From IMG/VR virus record IMGVR_UViG_3300011441_000010: a DNA stretch of 58,222 nt. The stretch is one strand, 5' to 3'. A program made the position numbers and the translations under genes. The DNA is from a virus. Every line of letters starts with the position of its first letter. The first letter of the stretch is position 1. Positions 25,832 through 35,799 of this stretch are shown here, one piece after another. The notes beneath the pieces were generated by a model. That model searched no databases. It had not been told where the DNA came from and saw nothing but the letters and a program-made list of their open reading frames with translations.

Positions 25832-28201
25832 ATGGCCTACAGTCTAGGGTTCGCGCACGGCCGGATCACGCTGACCTACAACGGTGGGCCTGCTGCGGCT
25901 CAGCTCCGCGCTGACCTCGCTCGCATCATCGCGCTCGCCGGAGCCGCGCACTCCTCCATCCAGCGCTTCGGCAAGCAGATGGATAAGATGGGGGATGGGC
26001 TTCTCACTGCCGCCAAGTTCGCCGGTAAGGCGGCTCTGGGGGTCACGGGGCTAGTCCACGCAATCGGTGCGGTCGCTGTGGTAGCCCAGAACCTTGCCCC
26101 GGTTCTGGCTGCCGCGTTCGCTCTCCTACCGGGCATCATCCTCGGTGGCGTCGTGGCGATGGGGGTCTTCAAGATCGCCACGAAGGGCGTCGGCGACGCC
26201 TTGAAGGCCGCTGGTGGTGACGCGAAGGCATTCGAGGAGGCCATCAAGGGTCTGTCCCCGCAGGCCCAGAAGTTCGCGCGGGCCTGGAGGGACGCGGGTA
26301 AGGCGCTCGCCCCGATCCAGAAGCAGATGCAGGACGCCTTCTTCAAGAACACCGGCCCGCAGGTCACGAAGATCGCCAAGGCTGTCGGGACGCTGAAGGC
26401 GGAGGCAGTAGGCGCGGCCGGAGGTTTCAACCAGGTTTTCCTACGGGTGCTGGAGTTCGGCTCCTCGGGGACCGCCATCAACACCATCCGGTCGCTCCTG
26501 AAGGGCGTCCGGGAGTTCCTCCTCAACATCGATGGGGCTATCAAGCCTCTGCTCACCGGGTTCTTCAACCTGGCGCGTCAGGCGGGCGAGTTCGGCGGAG
26601 CGCTGGGGAATGCTCTCGCCGGACCGCTCGTTGCGTTCGGCAACTTCCTCAACAACGTTAAGTTGGAGGATGTTCTCAGCGGAGCCATGGATGTGCTCCG
26701 CCCGCTAGGCGCCCTACTGGCGTCGCTGGGGTCGATCATCAGTTCGGTCTTCACCGGGCTCTCCGTGGACGGCGGGGTGTCCCTCGGGGTCATCGGCGAA
26801 CTGGTCTCTAAGCTCGCTGAGTTCCTGAAGACGGCGGAGGGTCAGGCGGGGCTACAGGCCATCGGACAGGCCATGTCGGTCATTGCAGGGGCGACGGGAG
26901 AGGTGTTCCTGACGCTCCTCAAGGAGCTGACGCCGGTCATCATCGCGCTCGCCCCGGGACTCGGGGAGTTGGCGCTGGCCATCGCCGACGTTCTGGTGCC
27001 TGCAATGGAGTTGCTCGGCCCGGTCCTAGTTGAGGTCGCGAAGTTCGCCAGTGCCAACATGGACTGGATCGCCCCGCTCATCATCGGCATCTACGGGCTC
27101 GCCGCAGCGATGAAGGCATATGCCGCCATTGCGAGAGTCGTTGCAGCCGTCCAGGCCGTGCTGAACTCGGCGCTCCTGGCCTCCTTCATCGCCTGGGTCC
27201 GGACTACTGCCGCGACGATCGCTGCCAGTGCAGCCCTTGTCTGGCACCGGATCGTGACGCTTGCCAGTGCGGCCGCTACTGCGATCGCGTCGGCCGCTAC
27301 TGCGATCTGGGGCGTCATCACGCTGATCGCGACCTCGCCGATCACGCTGATCATCCTGGCAATCCTGATCCTCATCGGCGTTATCGTCCTTATTGCGACG
27401 AAGACCACTTGGTTCCAGGATGCCTGGAAGTGGGCCTGGACTGGGATTAAGGCCGCAGCGGAGGCGGTCTGGAACTGGATCAAGGGCACACTCTGGCCGG
27501 GTATCCGGATGGTCTGGGACTGGCTCTTCAACTTCATCAAGCAGAACGTCCTGGGCATCATCGCCATCTTCAACAGCATCTGGGGTGCAATCCAGTCGGT
27601 GATTGGGTTCTTCCAGCGGCTCCGGGATTCCGTTCTGGGAAAGCTGGGTGAGCTGCTGAGCTTCATCCGGTCGCTCCCCGGGATGATCGGCGACGCCCTG
27701 GGCAGTCTCGGGAACCTGTTGTGGAGCAAGGGTAAGGAGCTTGTCCAGGGATTCATCAACGGCATCAAGTCCATGTTCGGGTCGGTCCGCAACACCGCCT
27801 CTAACCTGATCGGTATGGTGACGGACTTCCTGCCCGGGTCGCCCGCGAAGGATGGCCCGCTGAGCGGGAAGGGATGGACGCCCTTCCGGGGCAAGAGTCT
27901 CGTGGGCGGTCTCATGACCGGTATGGAGAGCCAGCTCACAGCGCTCCAGCGTGTAGCCGATCAGGTTGCGTCGACTGCGGTGCCGCTCCTCCCCACCCTG
28001 GGCGGAGAGGCAGGCATGGGGCTATCCACCATTCCGGTCGCTCCTCCGGCTCCGGTCGAGTCGCACGCGGAGCCAATCGTCATCCAATCGTTGACTATCA
28101 ACGTTCAGGGCGTTCTGGACATGTCTGACCCGCAGGCCGCCCGGAAGATCGCAGTGGCCGTCAACGAGGCCATCGAGAATGTGAAGAGGGAGTACCGCTG
28201 A
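25832..28201 (+). CDS. tape measure protein
   Basis: 789 aa, A/G/L-rich with several hydrophobic segments, canonical position. Confidence 0.85.
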   Translation: MAYSLGFAHGRITLTYNGGPAAAQLRADLARIIALAGAAHSSIQRFGKQMDKMGDGLLTAAKFAGKAALGVTGLVHAIGAVAVVAQNLAPVLAAAFALLPGIILGGVVAMGVFKIATKGVGDALKAAGGDAKAFEEAIKGLSPQAQKFARAWRDAGKALAPIQKQMQDAFFKNTGPQVTKIAKAVGTLKAEAVGAAGGFNQVFLRVLEFGSSGTAINTIRSLLKGVREFLLNIDGAIKPLLTGFFNLARQAGEFGGALGNALAGPLVAFGNFLNNVKLEDVLSGAMDVLRPLGALLASLGSIISSVFTGLSVDGGVSLGVIGELVSKLAEFLKTAEGQAGLQAIGQAMSVIAGATGEVFLTLLKELTPVIIALAPGLGELALAIADVLVPAMELLGPVLVEVAKFASANMDWIAPLIIGIYGLAAAMKAYAAIARVVAAVQAVLNSALLASFIAWVRTTAATIAASAALVWHRIVTLASAAATAIASAATAIWGVITLIATSPITLIILAILILIGVIVLIATKTTWFQDAWKWAWTGIKAAAEAVWNWIKGTLWPGIRMVWDWLFNFIKQNVLGIIAIFNSIWGAIQSVIGFFQRLRDSVLGKLGELLSFIRSLPGMIGDALGSLGNLLWSKGKELVQGFINGIKSMFGSVRNTASNLIGMVTDFLPGSPAKDGPLSGKGWTPFRGKSLVGGLMTGMESQLTALQRVADQVASTAVPLLPTLGGEAGMGLSTIPVAPPAPVESHAEPIVIQSLTINVQGVLDMSDPQAARKIAVAVNEAIENVKREYR

Positions 28202-29409
28202 TGGCCTGGGGGACGATCACGATTGGCGCCCTAACGCTCAAGGAGACCGACATCCTGGAGGACGTAACCAACGCGAACTCCGGGGAGCGCTCCGTCAAGC
28301 TGGAGGGTGCGGAGACGGTACCGGGCATCACCCTCGCGCAGGTTGAGGCCAAGCAGGAAGACATCATGGGGCTGATTGACCGGATCATCCCGGTCACATT
28401 CTCCCGGAAGTCCACCTATGATGGGTACTACTTCGTCAACGACACCAATACCCAGTATGAGAAGTGGGTCGAGGGTCCGGCGCAGGTTCGCTGGTCGCTC
28501 TCGCTCATCCTCGTGGGTGGGCAGGACGCGGTAGACATCGAGGCCCAGTTGGCAAACGTGGTGCGGGCCAACGACTTTGCCCAGGCGGGTGAGCGCTGGC
28601 ATGCACCCAACATCGGGCACTACGGGTATCAGGTTGGGACCTCCGTTCCGGCGATTGTCGCCCGGACGTCGGCCGACGGGGTCATCAACGTATATCGGAG
28701 CGTTCCTGCGGCCACGACGCCCCGCTGGGGCTCTCCGGTCGCCTCCTTCGCTCTCGGACGCGCGCGCATCCTGCAAAACGCGATCGAGCGGACTGGAGTC
28801 GGGACATCCCTCACGCCCGCCTTGTGGGAGCTGAACAACGGGCTCGTGCGGGTTCTCCCGGGGACCGGCACCACGACCCTGTTCGTGAGCTGCTGGGACT
28901 CCGGCGCGTGGGCATCAAAGTCGTGGGATCTCCGGATCGGTGGCACCACGATCCTCCCGGCCGACATGCGCTCGGTAACCGTGCTCCGCAACGACTTCGA
29001 GATGGTGTCTATCCGGATCATCGTTCAGATGCCCACGGATAGCTCGCGCCACATCGTGGATCTCAGCCTCCGGCGGGGTTCCCGGTTCATGGAGGGCTAC
29101 ATCCAGCGTCCTGCTTCCGGGACGCTCACGGTAACTGCGGACACGGTCGAGGCGGGGACCTCGGTGACCGGGCTCATCCGCGCGACAGCGAACGACGCGG
29201 CCGGGAACCGGTACGTTGTCGGCTCCGCCCGGAGCTTCACCGGCGACACCACAAACGGTGGATTCACCAAGTCGGCTACCACCACGCTAGACTTCTACAT
29301 TGGCGTGGAGCTCAATGGAAGCAGTGCCGTCTCAGGAGACGCAGCCGCCGACCTCCAGGCTCAGTACATCGCAGCGATGGCGGAGAAGGTGGGGGTGGTC
29401 CGGCGGTGA
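28201..29409 (+). CDS. minor tail protein (distal-tail-like)
   Basis: 402 aa, TGATG overlap with the tape measure. Confidence 0.55.
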   Translation: MAWGTITIGALTLKETDILEDVTNANSGERSVKLEGAETVPGITLAQVEAKQEDIMGLIDRIIPVTFSRKSTYDGYYFVNDTNTQYEKWVEGPAQVRWSLSLILVGGQDAVDIEAQLANVVRANDFAQAGERWHAPNIGHYGYQVGTSVPAIVARTSADGVINVYRSVPAATTPRWGSPVASFALGRARILQNAIERTGVGTSLTPALWELNNGLVRVLPGTGTTTLFVSCWDSGAWASKSWDLRIGGTTILPADMRSVTVLRNDFEMVSIRIIVQMPTDSSRHIVDLSLRRGSRFMEGYIQRPASGTLTVTADTVEAGTSVTGLIRATANDAAGNRYVVGSARSFTGDTTNGGFTKSATTTLDFYIGVELNGSSAVSGDAAADLQAQYIAAMAEKVGVVRR

Positions 29410-32192
29410 GTATCACCGAAATCAAGCAGGCGATCGGCGGATGGGAGGTCCGGCTCCGCCGAGACACGCCCCGGGATGTCCTGGACGCGCTGTCGTTCTT
29501 CGGCCACATCGCGGTCGTGCCGGGTCGTGTGGATCCCAAGCAGTACGGGGATAACCTTCTCACGACGGCTCGCTACGTCGGCGTGTACCGGGGTCGCGAC
29601 TCGCAGGACTCCTTCACCCTCAAGGGCTCCGGCATGGAGTTCTGGCTTGGGGACGAGGATGACAAGGGCGACGTCTTCGAGACCGCCGTGGTATTCAACG
29701 CTGTCACCTTTGCGACGGCCATGGCCGGACTCCTGCCTGCGGGCGGATCGATCACGGCCGGAACCATCAACTCCGTCGCCGGGACCTACACCGGCTCGCA
29801 TCAGTGGGAGACGCCCCGATCCGCCCTGACGTACGTCGCCGATACCTTCAACGCCGAGTGGCGCGTGAACGGTGATGGCACGCTGGATGCTGGTACGGTG
29901 GCACAGTTGTACGTCACGACGCCACGTGCCCTGTTGGTCCGTAAGGGTGTTGGTGCTGACCTGCTGCGAAAGGCGTTGGCTGGCAACCTTTCCATGGGCG
30001 TCGACATCGAGGACACGACGACCCGTGTGGTCCTCCTCGCGGAGGGCGAAGGAGAGAACATCGCGACGGGTGACGCTGACGCATCGCCGACGCCCTACAA
30101 GGACATCCACGGCAACGCCATCAAGGTGACTCGGCTGGTCTCGGAGAGCGAGACCTCCACGGCCAACGCGGACGTCCGGGCCCAGCTGATGCTGAACCGG
30201 TTCCTCAACCCGCGTCGCTCGGTGAACCTGTCCACCGATGAGTTCGATGTCAAGGGCACTTTCAAGGTCGGCGACTACATCGACGTCTTCGACCCCATCA
30301 ATGGGTTCTACGACAACGCTCGTGAGGCGCCGTGGGAGGGCGATCGGATCAACCCGATGGCGCTCCGGTGCGTCGAGATGAGCTGGCCGGTGATCGCCGG
30401 TTGGACGGTGGCATTCCGGGACATCAACGGGGTCTGGATCGACCTCTCCGCGTACTACATCCCGGAGGGCGGACAGACCACGCTGGTCGTCGGCGACTTG
30501 GCACGCGGGCTCTCGTCCGTGGGCGGAGAGCCGATCGGCATTCGGCCGAACCTCCCGTCCACCGGTCCAGACTCTACGATCCCTGCAGCGCCAGTCTTTG
30601 GGGACTTTAGCACCGGCTCATACCAGCCTGAGAACGGGGAGTGGACGAAGGCCGCCATTCTGGCGACCTGGGCCCAGCCGCTGAACGGGGACTCCTCGAC
30701 CATCACCGATGGCGGGCACTATGAGATCCGCTACCGGGTCAACGCCTTCATCGGGTACGGAGTCCGCTGGGGTCAGATGACACCCTACCGGTGGGGAACG
30801 CTGACCGGCAACCGTTGGGGTGCACCGATCACAGACCCGATCTCCTCGGGTGAGTGGAACATCGTCTATGTCCCCTGGGGCCAGACGCAGATCCTGATCC
30901 AGGAGCTGACGCCCGGGGTGGAGTATGAGTTCCAGATCCGGGCGCTGGACTCGGCGAATCCGCCCCATCAGGGGCCATGGTCCGGCTCGGAGTTCGTTCT
31001 GGCGTCGGGTGACCTCTTCGCCCCGTCAGAGCCTGCCGTTCCTGTGATTGCCTCCTCCCGCTTGGCGATTCAGGTGACCCACAACCTTGGCCGTGCCTCG
31101 GGCGGAACGTTCAACCTGGAGCCGGACCTCGCCTACCTCTCGATCCATGTTGGCAATGAGCCAGCGTTCGCTCCGGTCGATTCCAACCGGGTCGGCAAGC
31201 TACTAGCCAACTCCGGCATGATCACGGCGAATGTTCCGGCGGTCGGCACGTTCCAGGTCGAGTCGACCGAAAACATCTGGGTCAAGGTCATCGCGGTCGA
31301 CCGATCTGGCAATCAGTCTCCGCCCTCCGCTTCGGTGCAGTCGTCGGCGACGCTCATCGACTCCGCCCACATCTCGGACCTCACCGTCTCCAAGCTGACA
31401 GCCGGGACGCTGACCGCTGCGGTGATCCTGGCTGGTTCGATTAAGACTGCTACATCCGGGGCTCGTGTGGAGCAGGATGCTGCAGGCATGCGGGCCTACA
31501 ACGCCTCTGGGGTCCAGACCTTTGAGGTGGATGCTACGACCGGGGATGTCGACATCATCGGCCGCTTCGAAGCGCGGAGCGCGGTCGGCGCCTCGATCGC
31601 CCTGGAGCCCGTTGTGGGTGTTGATGATCCACAGATCCGGATCGTCTCTGCCAACGTAGTCTCCAACCGGGGCAACATTTCTGCCTTTTCCTTTGGCGCT
31701 ACGGATACCCTGGAGTTGTCCTCCAAGGACATCGCGACCGATGTCGTGGACGGCGCCTACATGTGGATGACACAGAGCGGTGCCAACATCAGCCTGAAGC
31801 GGATCGGTGACGCCAATGACTTGGCAAAGGTGGCGCTGAACACTGACGGTGTCATTATCTCCTCGCGTCCCTCTGGCGGGACGGAGATCTACCTTGGAGT
31901 TGGGTGGCCGTACCCTGGTGTGTTCTATGCCCGAGGTCAGCTGGCGGGCGGGGCGCAGCACTCGGATGCCATGTTCTTTGGTGGTCAGGGCACTGTCGGA
32001 GCTGGGTTCGGGGCAATTGCGATTGGCTATGGGCTTACCATTTCAGGGCCGCGTGTTACGCCGGTGTACTCAATCTCGGGGGCAGGAGCAACCTTCAATC
32101 ACTGCATGACAGCATTCAGCCTGACAGGGTTTACCATTGCCTGGAGTGATGCCCTGTCACACTCGTACTTCTGGCGTGCGGTAAGGGACTGA
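29406..32192 (+). CDS. minor tail protein (tail-tip/Tal-like, with FN3-like segment)
   Basis: 928 aa, GTGA overlap. YEIRYRV...GVEYEFQIRALD is a fibronectin-III-like pattern. Confidence 0.6.
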   Translation: MSITEIKQAIGGWEVRLRRDTPRDVLDALSFFGHIAVVPGRVDPKQYGDNLLTTARYVGVYRGRDSQDSFTLKGSGMEFWLGDEDDKGDVFETAVVFNAVTFATAMAGLLPAGGSITAGTINSVAGTYTGSHQWETPRSALTYVADTFNAEWRVNGDGTLDAGTVAQLYVTTPRALLVRKGVGADLLRKALAGNLSMGVDIEDTTTRVVLLAEGEGENIATGDADASPTPYKDIHGNAIKVTRLVSESETSTANADVRAQLMLNRFLNPRRSVNLSTDEFDVKGTFKVGDYIDVFDPINGFYDNAREAPWEGDRINPMALRCVEMSWPVIAGWTVAFRDINGVWIDLSAYYIPEGGQTTLVVGDLARGLSSVGGEPIGIRPNLPSTGPDSTIPAAPVFGDFSTGSYQPENGEWTKAAILATWAQPLNGDSSTITDGGHYEIRYRVNAFIGYGVRWGQMTPYRWGTLTGNRWGAPITDPISSGEWNIVYVPWGQTQILIQELTPGVEYEFQIRALDSANPPHQGPWSGSEFVLASGDLFAPSEPAVPVIASSRLAIQVTHNLGRASGGTFNLEPDLAYLSIHVGNEPAFAPVDSNRVGKLLANSGMITANVPAVGTFQVESTENIWVKVIAVDRSGNQSPPSASVQSSATLIDSAHISDLTVSKLTAGTLTAAVILAGSIKTATSGARVEQDAAGMRAYNASGVQTFEVDATTGDVDIIGRFEARSAVGASIALEPVVGVDDPQIRIVSANVVSNRGNISAFSFGATDTLELSSKDIATDVVDGAYMWMTQSGANISLKRIGDANDLAKVALNTDGVIISSRPSGGTEIYLGVGWPYPGVFYARGQLAGGAQHSDAMFFGGQGTVGAGFGAIAIGYGLTISGPRVTPVYSISGAGATFNHCMTAFSLTGFTIAWSDALSHSYFWRAVRD

Positions 32193-32193
32193 T

Positions 32194-32775
32194 ATGTATC
32201 TGGATCTGATTGACGTTGCATCGCATGGTGACGATCAAATCCTGGCAACTGTGGATGTCACGGATGATGAGGGGAAGACCGTTCGAACAGCCTACATATT
32301 CCCGAAGGACACTATGGAGTGGAGGGTGGCCGAATACGGGATTGACCCCGCCGACACCCAGACGCTCCTCGATATCATCCTGTTCGAGCCCCACGTCCAG
32401 ATCGACCCGGACTGGCATCTCTACAGCGCTCCTACCGTTGATGACGCCCGTGATCACCTCCTCGATAGGGTCCAGGAGCGCAAGGCCGAGAGCGACCGTA
32501 TGAAGCCGGTAAAAAGTCAGGCTCTCCGGAAGGGGGAGCGTCCAGTTCACGATCGGCTGGTGGACCTCTGTCATATGGGCCCGGAGGTCATTGCTGTCAA
32601 GCAGGAGCTGGTGGGAGTCCAGCGTCAGCAGGCGCTTCAAGTCCGGCGCCGGGATCAAGCCGTAACCCCTCGGGCCGCAAAGTTCCAGGGAATCCTGAAG
32701 GAGATGAAGAATGCCATTGACACCAACAACGCGGCTCGGGCTAGTGAAGCCCGATCCGGACCCGGTCACCGGTGA
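32194..32775 (+). CDS. hypothetical protein, visibly lower GC than its neighbours
   Basis: 193-aa ORF. Its 3' end overlaps the next gene by 65 nt. Confidence 0.45.
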   Translation: MYLDLIDVASHGDDQILATVDVTDDEGKTVRTAYIFPKDTMEWRVAEYGIDPADTQTLLDIILFEPHVQIDPDWHLYSAPTVDDARDHLLDRVQERKAESDRMKPVKSQALRKGERPVHDRLVDLCHMGPEVIAVKQELVGVQRQQALQVRRRDQAVTPRAAKFQGILKEMKNAIDTNNAARASEARSGPGHR

Positions 32776-33670
32776 CTTTGTTGACGTCACCGTTATCAAC
32801 TCCAACATGGCGAAGGTGGATGACGCGGTCGGTGCCTTTGTTTGCACCTCTGTCACCCGGCCGTCCTCGCCCTGGGATGGGCAGATCATCCGCGAGGCCG
32901 ACACAACGCGTCTCGCGGTCTGGAGTAGCGGCCTGTCCGCGTGGCAGACTATCAACGCTCCGGACACCGCGACGTCCAGCGCTCGCCCCGGAGCGCCGTA
33001 CATCAACAACCTGGTTCGGGAGAGCGATACCCGCAAGCTGATCATCTGGAACAACCCGGTGGGCGTGTGGGACTACGTCGGCGACGGCCTGACCATCTGC
33101 ACCTCCAGCACCCGTCCGGCCAACCCGTACTTCGGTCAGCTCATCCGCGAGACCAACACCAAGCGGATCTACGTCTGGACTCCTTCGGGGGCGTGGGAGC
33201 TGGTATCCGATCCGGACCTCAGCGCTGCTCAGTTGCAGGTTCGGCTGGACTCCTGCCGGTTGACGGGTATCGGCGCGTACCAGACCACGTCCACCGACCC
33301 CAGCGAGATCGTCAAGATTCGCAGTGCCTCGCTGAACCTGGTGAACGGGAAGTCCTACCGGTTCAGCGGCCAGATGATGTACGTCACGCCGACCGACGGC
33401 TGGACCATGGAGATCCACAAGGACTCAACCGCCGGAACGATGGTGGGCGGATGGCGCCTGGATCTCAGCACGATCGGTGCCACGGTCGCCTGGGATGTGA
33501 CGTGGCCCTGTACCGCCAACGAGAGCGGCGTGCAGTTCTACTACGTCGCCAACCGGCTGTCAGGCACCGGAACGCTGACATGCTACAACAACCAGGATGG
33601 GTTCAACAGCACGTATGCGAACATCGACATCGTGGGCTCCAGCTCCGGCGTCCAGCGCGACGTGGCTTAA
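32711..33670 (+). CDS. tail fibre / receptor-binding minor tail protein
   Basis: N-terminus MPLTPTTRLGLVKPDPD, then three copies of T-S-x-x-RP-x-x-P-x-x-G-Q-x-IRE-x-D-T-x-R-x-x-VW, typical of actinophage fibres. Confidence 0.7.
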   Translation: MPLTPTTRLGLVKPDPDPVTGDFVDVTVINSNMAKVDDAVGAFVCTSVTRPSSPWDGQIIREADTTRLAVWSSGLSAWQTINAPDTATSSARPGAPYINNLVRESDTRKLIIWNNPVGVWDYVGDGLTICTSSTRPANPYFGQLIRETNTKRIYVWTPSGAWELVSDPDLSAAQLQVRLDSCRLTGIGAYQTTSTDPSEIVKIRSASLNLVNGKSYRFSGQMMYVTPTDGWTMEIHKDSTAGTMVGGWRLDLSTIGATVAWDVTWPCTANESGVQFYYVANRLSGTGTLTCYNNQDGFNSTYANIDIVGSSSGVQRDVA

Positions 33671-33699
33671 CCTAGGGGGATCAGGGAAGGGAGACGTAC

Positions 33700-34569
33700 A
33701 TGGTTCTGACCACTCCGGACTTCGCTCTGCCGAGTCCGAACCCCAGGCGGGACAACACGACCGACGCGGTGTGGTGGCTTCGCTGCCAGCTCCTCGCGCT
33801 CCAGGCCGGGACTCAGGATGGCGGCACCTACGCCAACAAGAAGGGCTTCCACAACAAGGGGAAGCAGTGCAAGGACTTGGGAGCTTACAACTCCGGCACC
33901 GACTACTCGATCCGGCAGGCGATCAACCGCGCCGGATCGTGGTGGAGGGACTTCTCCTCCGCCCATGACTGGACGTTCACCAACGCCCAGGGTGGCAACT
34001 ACAGCACCATCGCGCTGTACACCAAGCGTCTCATGGACGCGGCGCTCGATTCGAGCGACCCGCGACTGGACGCGCTGTACGAGTTCTACGGGCAGGCCGA
34101 CACCGACAGCCACGTGGAGGGCTGGAACGAGTGGGAGGAGCGGGACGTCACATCCGACTCCTCGCACCTCTGGCACATCCACACGTCGTTCCTCCGCAAG
34201 TTCTGCGGGGACTTCTGGCAGATGTGGGCGATCTACACGGTTCTCTCCGGCCAGACCAAGGCGCACTGGCTCTCGACGCTCCCCGGAGCGGGCGGACCGC
34301 CGGTAGAGACTCCTCCTCCGCCGATCCAGGTGCCGTCCGGTCTTCCGGTCCATGCGCCAGGCTCGCGTACCCTACGGAACGTCACGCCGGACACAAAGGG
34401 CACAGACGTCCTGTTCCTCCAGAAGTTCATTGGCCCCACGCGCTGTGGCCCGGCCGATGGCGGCTACGGGAACAAGACTGAGTCCGGGGTCCGTTGGTAC
34501 CAGGGGATTCGCGGCATCAAGGTCGATGGCATCGCCGGTCCCCAGGTCTGGCGCAACATCGGGGTGTGA
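33700..34569 (+). CDS. endolysin (catalytic N-domain plus C-terminal PG_binding_1-like domain)
   Basis: The C-terminus GTDVLFLQKFIG...DGGYGNKTESGVRWYQGIRGIKVDGIAGPQVW is a peptidoglycan-binding repeat pattern. HLWHIHTSF may be a metal site. Confidence 0.75.
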   Translation: MVLTTPDFALPSPNPRRDNTTDAVWWLRCQLLALQAGTQDGGTYANKKGFHNKGKQCKDLGAYNSGTDYSIRQAINRAGSWWRDFSSAHDWTFTNAQGGNYSTIALYTKRLMDAALDSSDPRLDALYEFYGQADTDSHVEGWNEWEERDVTSDSSHLWHIHTSFLRKFCGDFWQMWAIYTVLSGQTKAHWLSTLPGAGGPPVETPPPPIQVPSGLPVHAPGSRTLRNVTPDTKGTDVLFLQKFIGPTRCGPADGGYGNKTESGVRWYQGIRGIKVDGIAGPQVWRNIGV

Positions 34570-34616
34570 GGCACGGGGATCGTCTTGATCGCCAACGAGA
34601 GGAACGGGAAACGTGA

Positions 34617-34889
34617 GTGAAGTGGTCGGCTTTCCTGACGGGGCTGCGGGACGTGGTGACTATGGCCTTGGGGTCATACACCATCGTGAGCCAGGTTCAG
34701 ATCGCACGGGACCATCCAGCATCGGTGAACTTCTTCCTCATCGCGGCCGGGGTGGGTCTCCTGGGGGCTCCGGGGGTCATCGGCGTGTTCCAAGTCCGTC
34801 GTGGCAACGAGCTAACCCCCGCTACTCCCGAGCCGTCATCTATACCTCCGGGTGCGCCGCAGCCGGAGCCATCGCCGCAGCAACGGTGA
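34617..34889 (+). CDS. holin-like membrane protein
   Basis: 90 aa, two predicted TM helices, Pro-rich tail, downstream of the lysin. Confidence 0.5.
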   Translation: MKWSAFLTGLRDVVTMALGSYTIVSQVQIARDHPASVNFFLIAAGVGLLGAPGVIGVFQVRRGNELTPATPEPSSIPPGAPQPEPSPQQR

Positions 34890-34914
34890 TATACCTGAAG
34901 GTGTCGGGCCTGGC

Positions 34915-35205
34915 ATGACCAACGGGGAGGCACGGAAGGCCGCGACGCTCGCGGAGGCGGGGCGAAGGGTGGAGGCTCGCCGCGTTCGCGTCTGGTACGT
35001 GGTCCTGATGGGCTTCCTGGGCATGACGCTGGGGCTATCCCTTGCGTTTGCCTACATCTCGCAGACCGGGCGAGAGGCACGGAAGGCTACCTGCGCTGTC
35101 GTCGATGCCAACCAGGAGGTGTACCGCGAGACTCCGCCCACGACCGAGACCGGGCGGAATGCCGCTGAGGCTTGGAATAACCTCGCCAAAGCACTTGGAT
35201 GCTGA
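34915..35205 (+). CDS. single-pass membrane protein (lysis-module accessory?)
   Basis: ATG 34915. Basic N-terminus, then WYVVLMGFLGMTLGLSLAFAYI. Confidence 0.5.
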   Translation: MTNGEARKAATLAEAGRRVEARRVRVWYVVLMGFLGMTLGLSLAFAYISQTGREARKATCAVVDANQEVYRETPPTTETGRNAAEAWNNLAKALGC

Positions 35206-35217
35206 GAGGAAACCGTT

Positions 35218-35571
35218 ATGCCGCTTGAGATGAACACCCGAGGACTCGTGGCGCTTGCGCTGCAGTTCCTCCTCCCGTTGCTCGTCGGCCTGCTGACGAA
35301 GCAGAGCTGGACGCCGGGGCTGAAGGCTGTGCTGCTCCTCGCGCTGACCGCCGTGACGCAATTCCTGGTGCAGCTACAGGACTTCCTGACCGGGCCGGAC
35401 GGCTCGCGCTTCGACTGGCAGAGCGTCGCCTACGCGGTGCTGATCGGGTTCGTGGTATCCGTCGCCACGCACTTCGGGCTCTGGAAGCCGACCGGAGCCG
35501 CTGCGACCGCGCAGATGAGCTTGGTGAACGACGGCCACTCGGACGACTACCCGGCAAGTCGCCGACGCTGA
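35218..35571 (+). CDS. multi-pass membrane protein (holin-like)
   Basis: 117 aa with 3 hydrophobic helices. Last gene before a strong terminator. Confidence 0.55.
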   Translation: MPLEMNTRGLVALALQFLLPLLVGLLTKQSWTPGLKAVLLLALTAVTQFLVQLQDFLTGPDGSRFDWQSVAYAVLIGFVVSVATHFGLWKPTGAAATAQMSLVNDGHSDDYPASRRR

Positions 35572-35584
35572 TCGTTCGCCCTCC

Positions 35585-35622
35585 GCAGAGCCCCCGGTAC
35601 CCTCCTCGGCCGGGGGCTCTGC
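35585..35622 (+). terminator. intrinsic terminator ending the structural/lysis transcription unit
   Basis: GCAGAGCCCCCGG (35585-35597) pairs with CCGGGGGCTCTGC (35610-35622), followed by CATGTTTG. Confidence 0.8.
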
Positions 35623-35648
35623 CATGTTTGCGCTGGTAGTTTGTGGCA

Positions 35649-35664
35649 TCCTAGGACGCTAGGA
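35649..35664. promoter_or_regulatory. 16-bp palindromic operator-like site TCCTAG-GACG-CTAGGA
   Basis: Perfect 6-bp inverted half-sites with a 4-bp spacer, preceded by CA. Same architecture as 39736-39751 and 43670-43685. Confidence 0.55.
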
Positions 35665-35718
35665 CAATGCAAAAGATCTTAGAAATTTGTTGCTCTGCAT
35701 GGGGTTTCGGTTTCGGGG

Positions 35719-35775
35719 TAGACGCGGCACCAACCGTAGGCTAGAGTTGTACTTGTGAGGGAGTGAAGTTCTCCC
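35719..35775 (+). promoter_or_regulatory. promoter-like TAGACG-N17-TAGAGT plus leader hairpin GGGAG-TGAAGTT-CTCCC
   Basis: -35-like 35719-35724, -10-like 35742-35747, hairpin 35759-35775, ATG at 35800. Confidence 0.55.
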
Positions 35776-35799
35776 GGCCAAGCGAACAAGGGGATTCAG

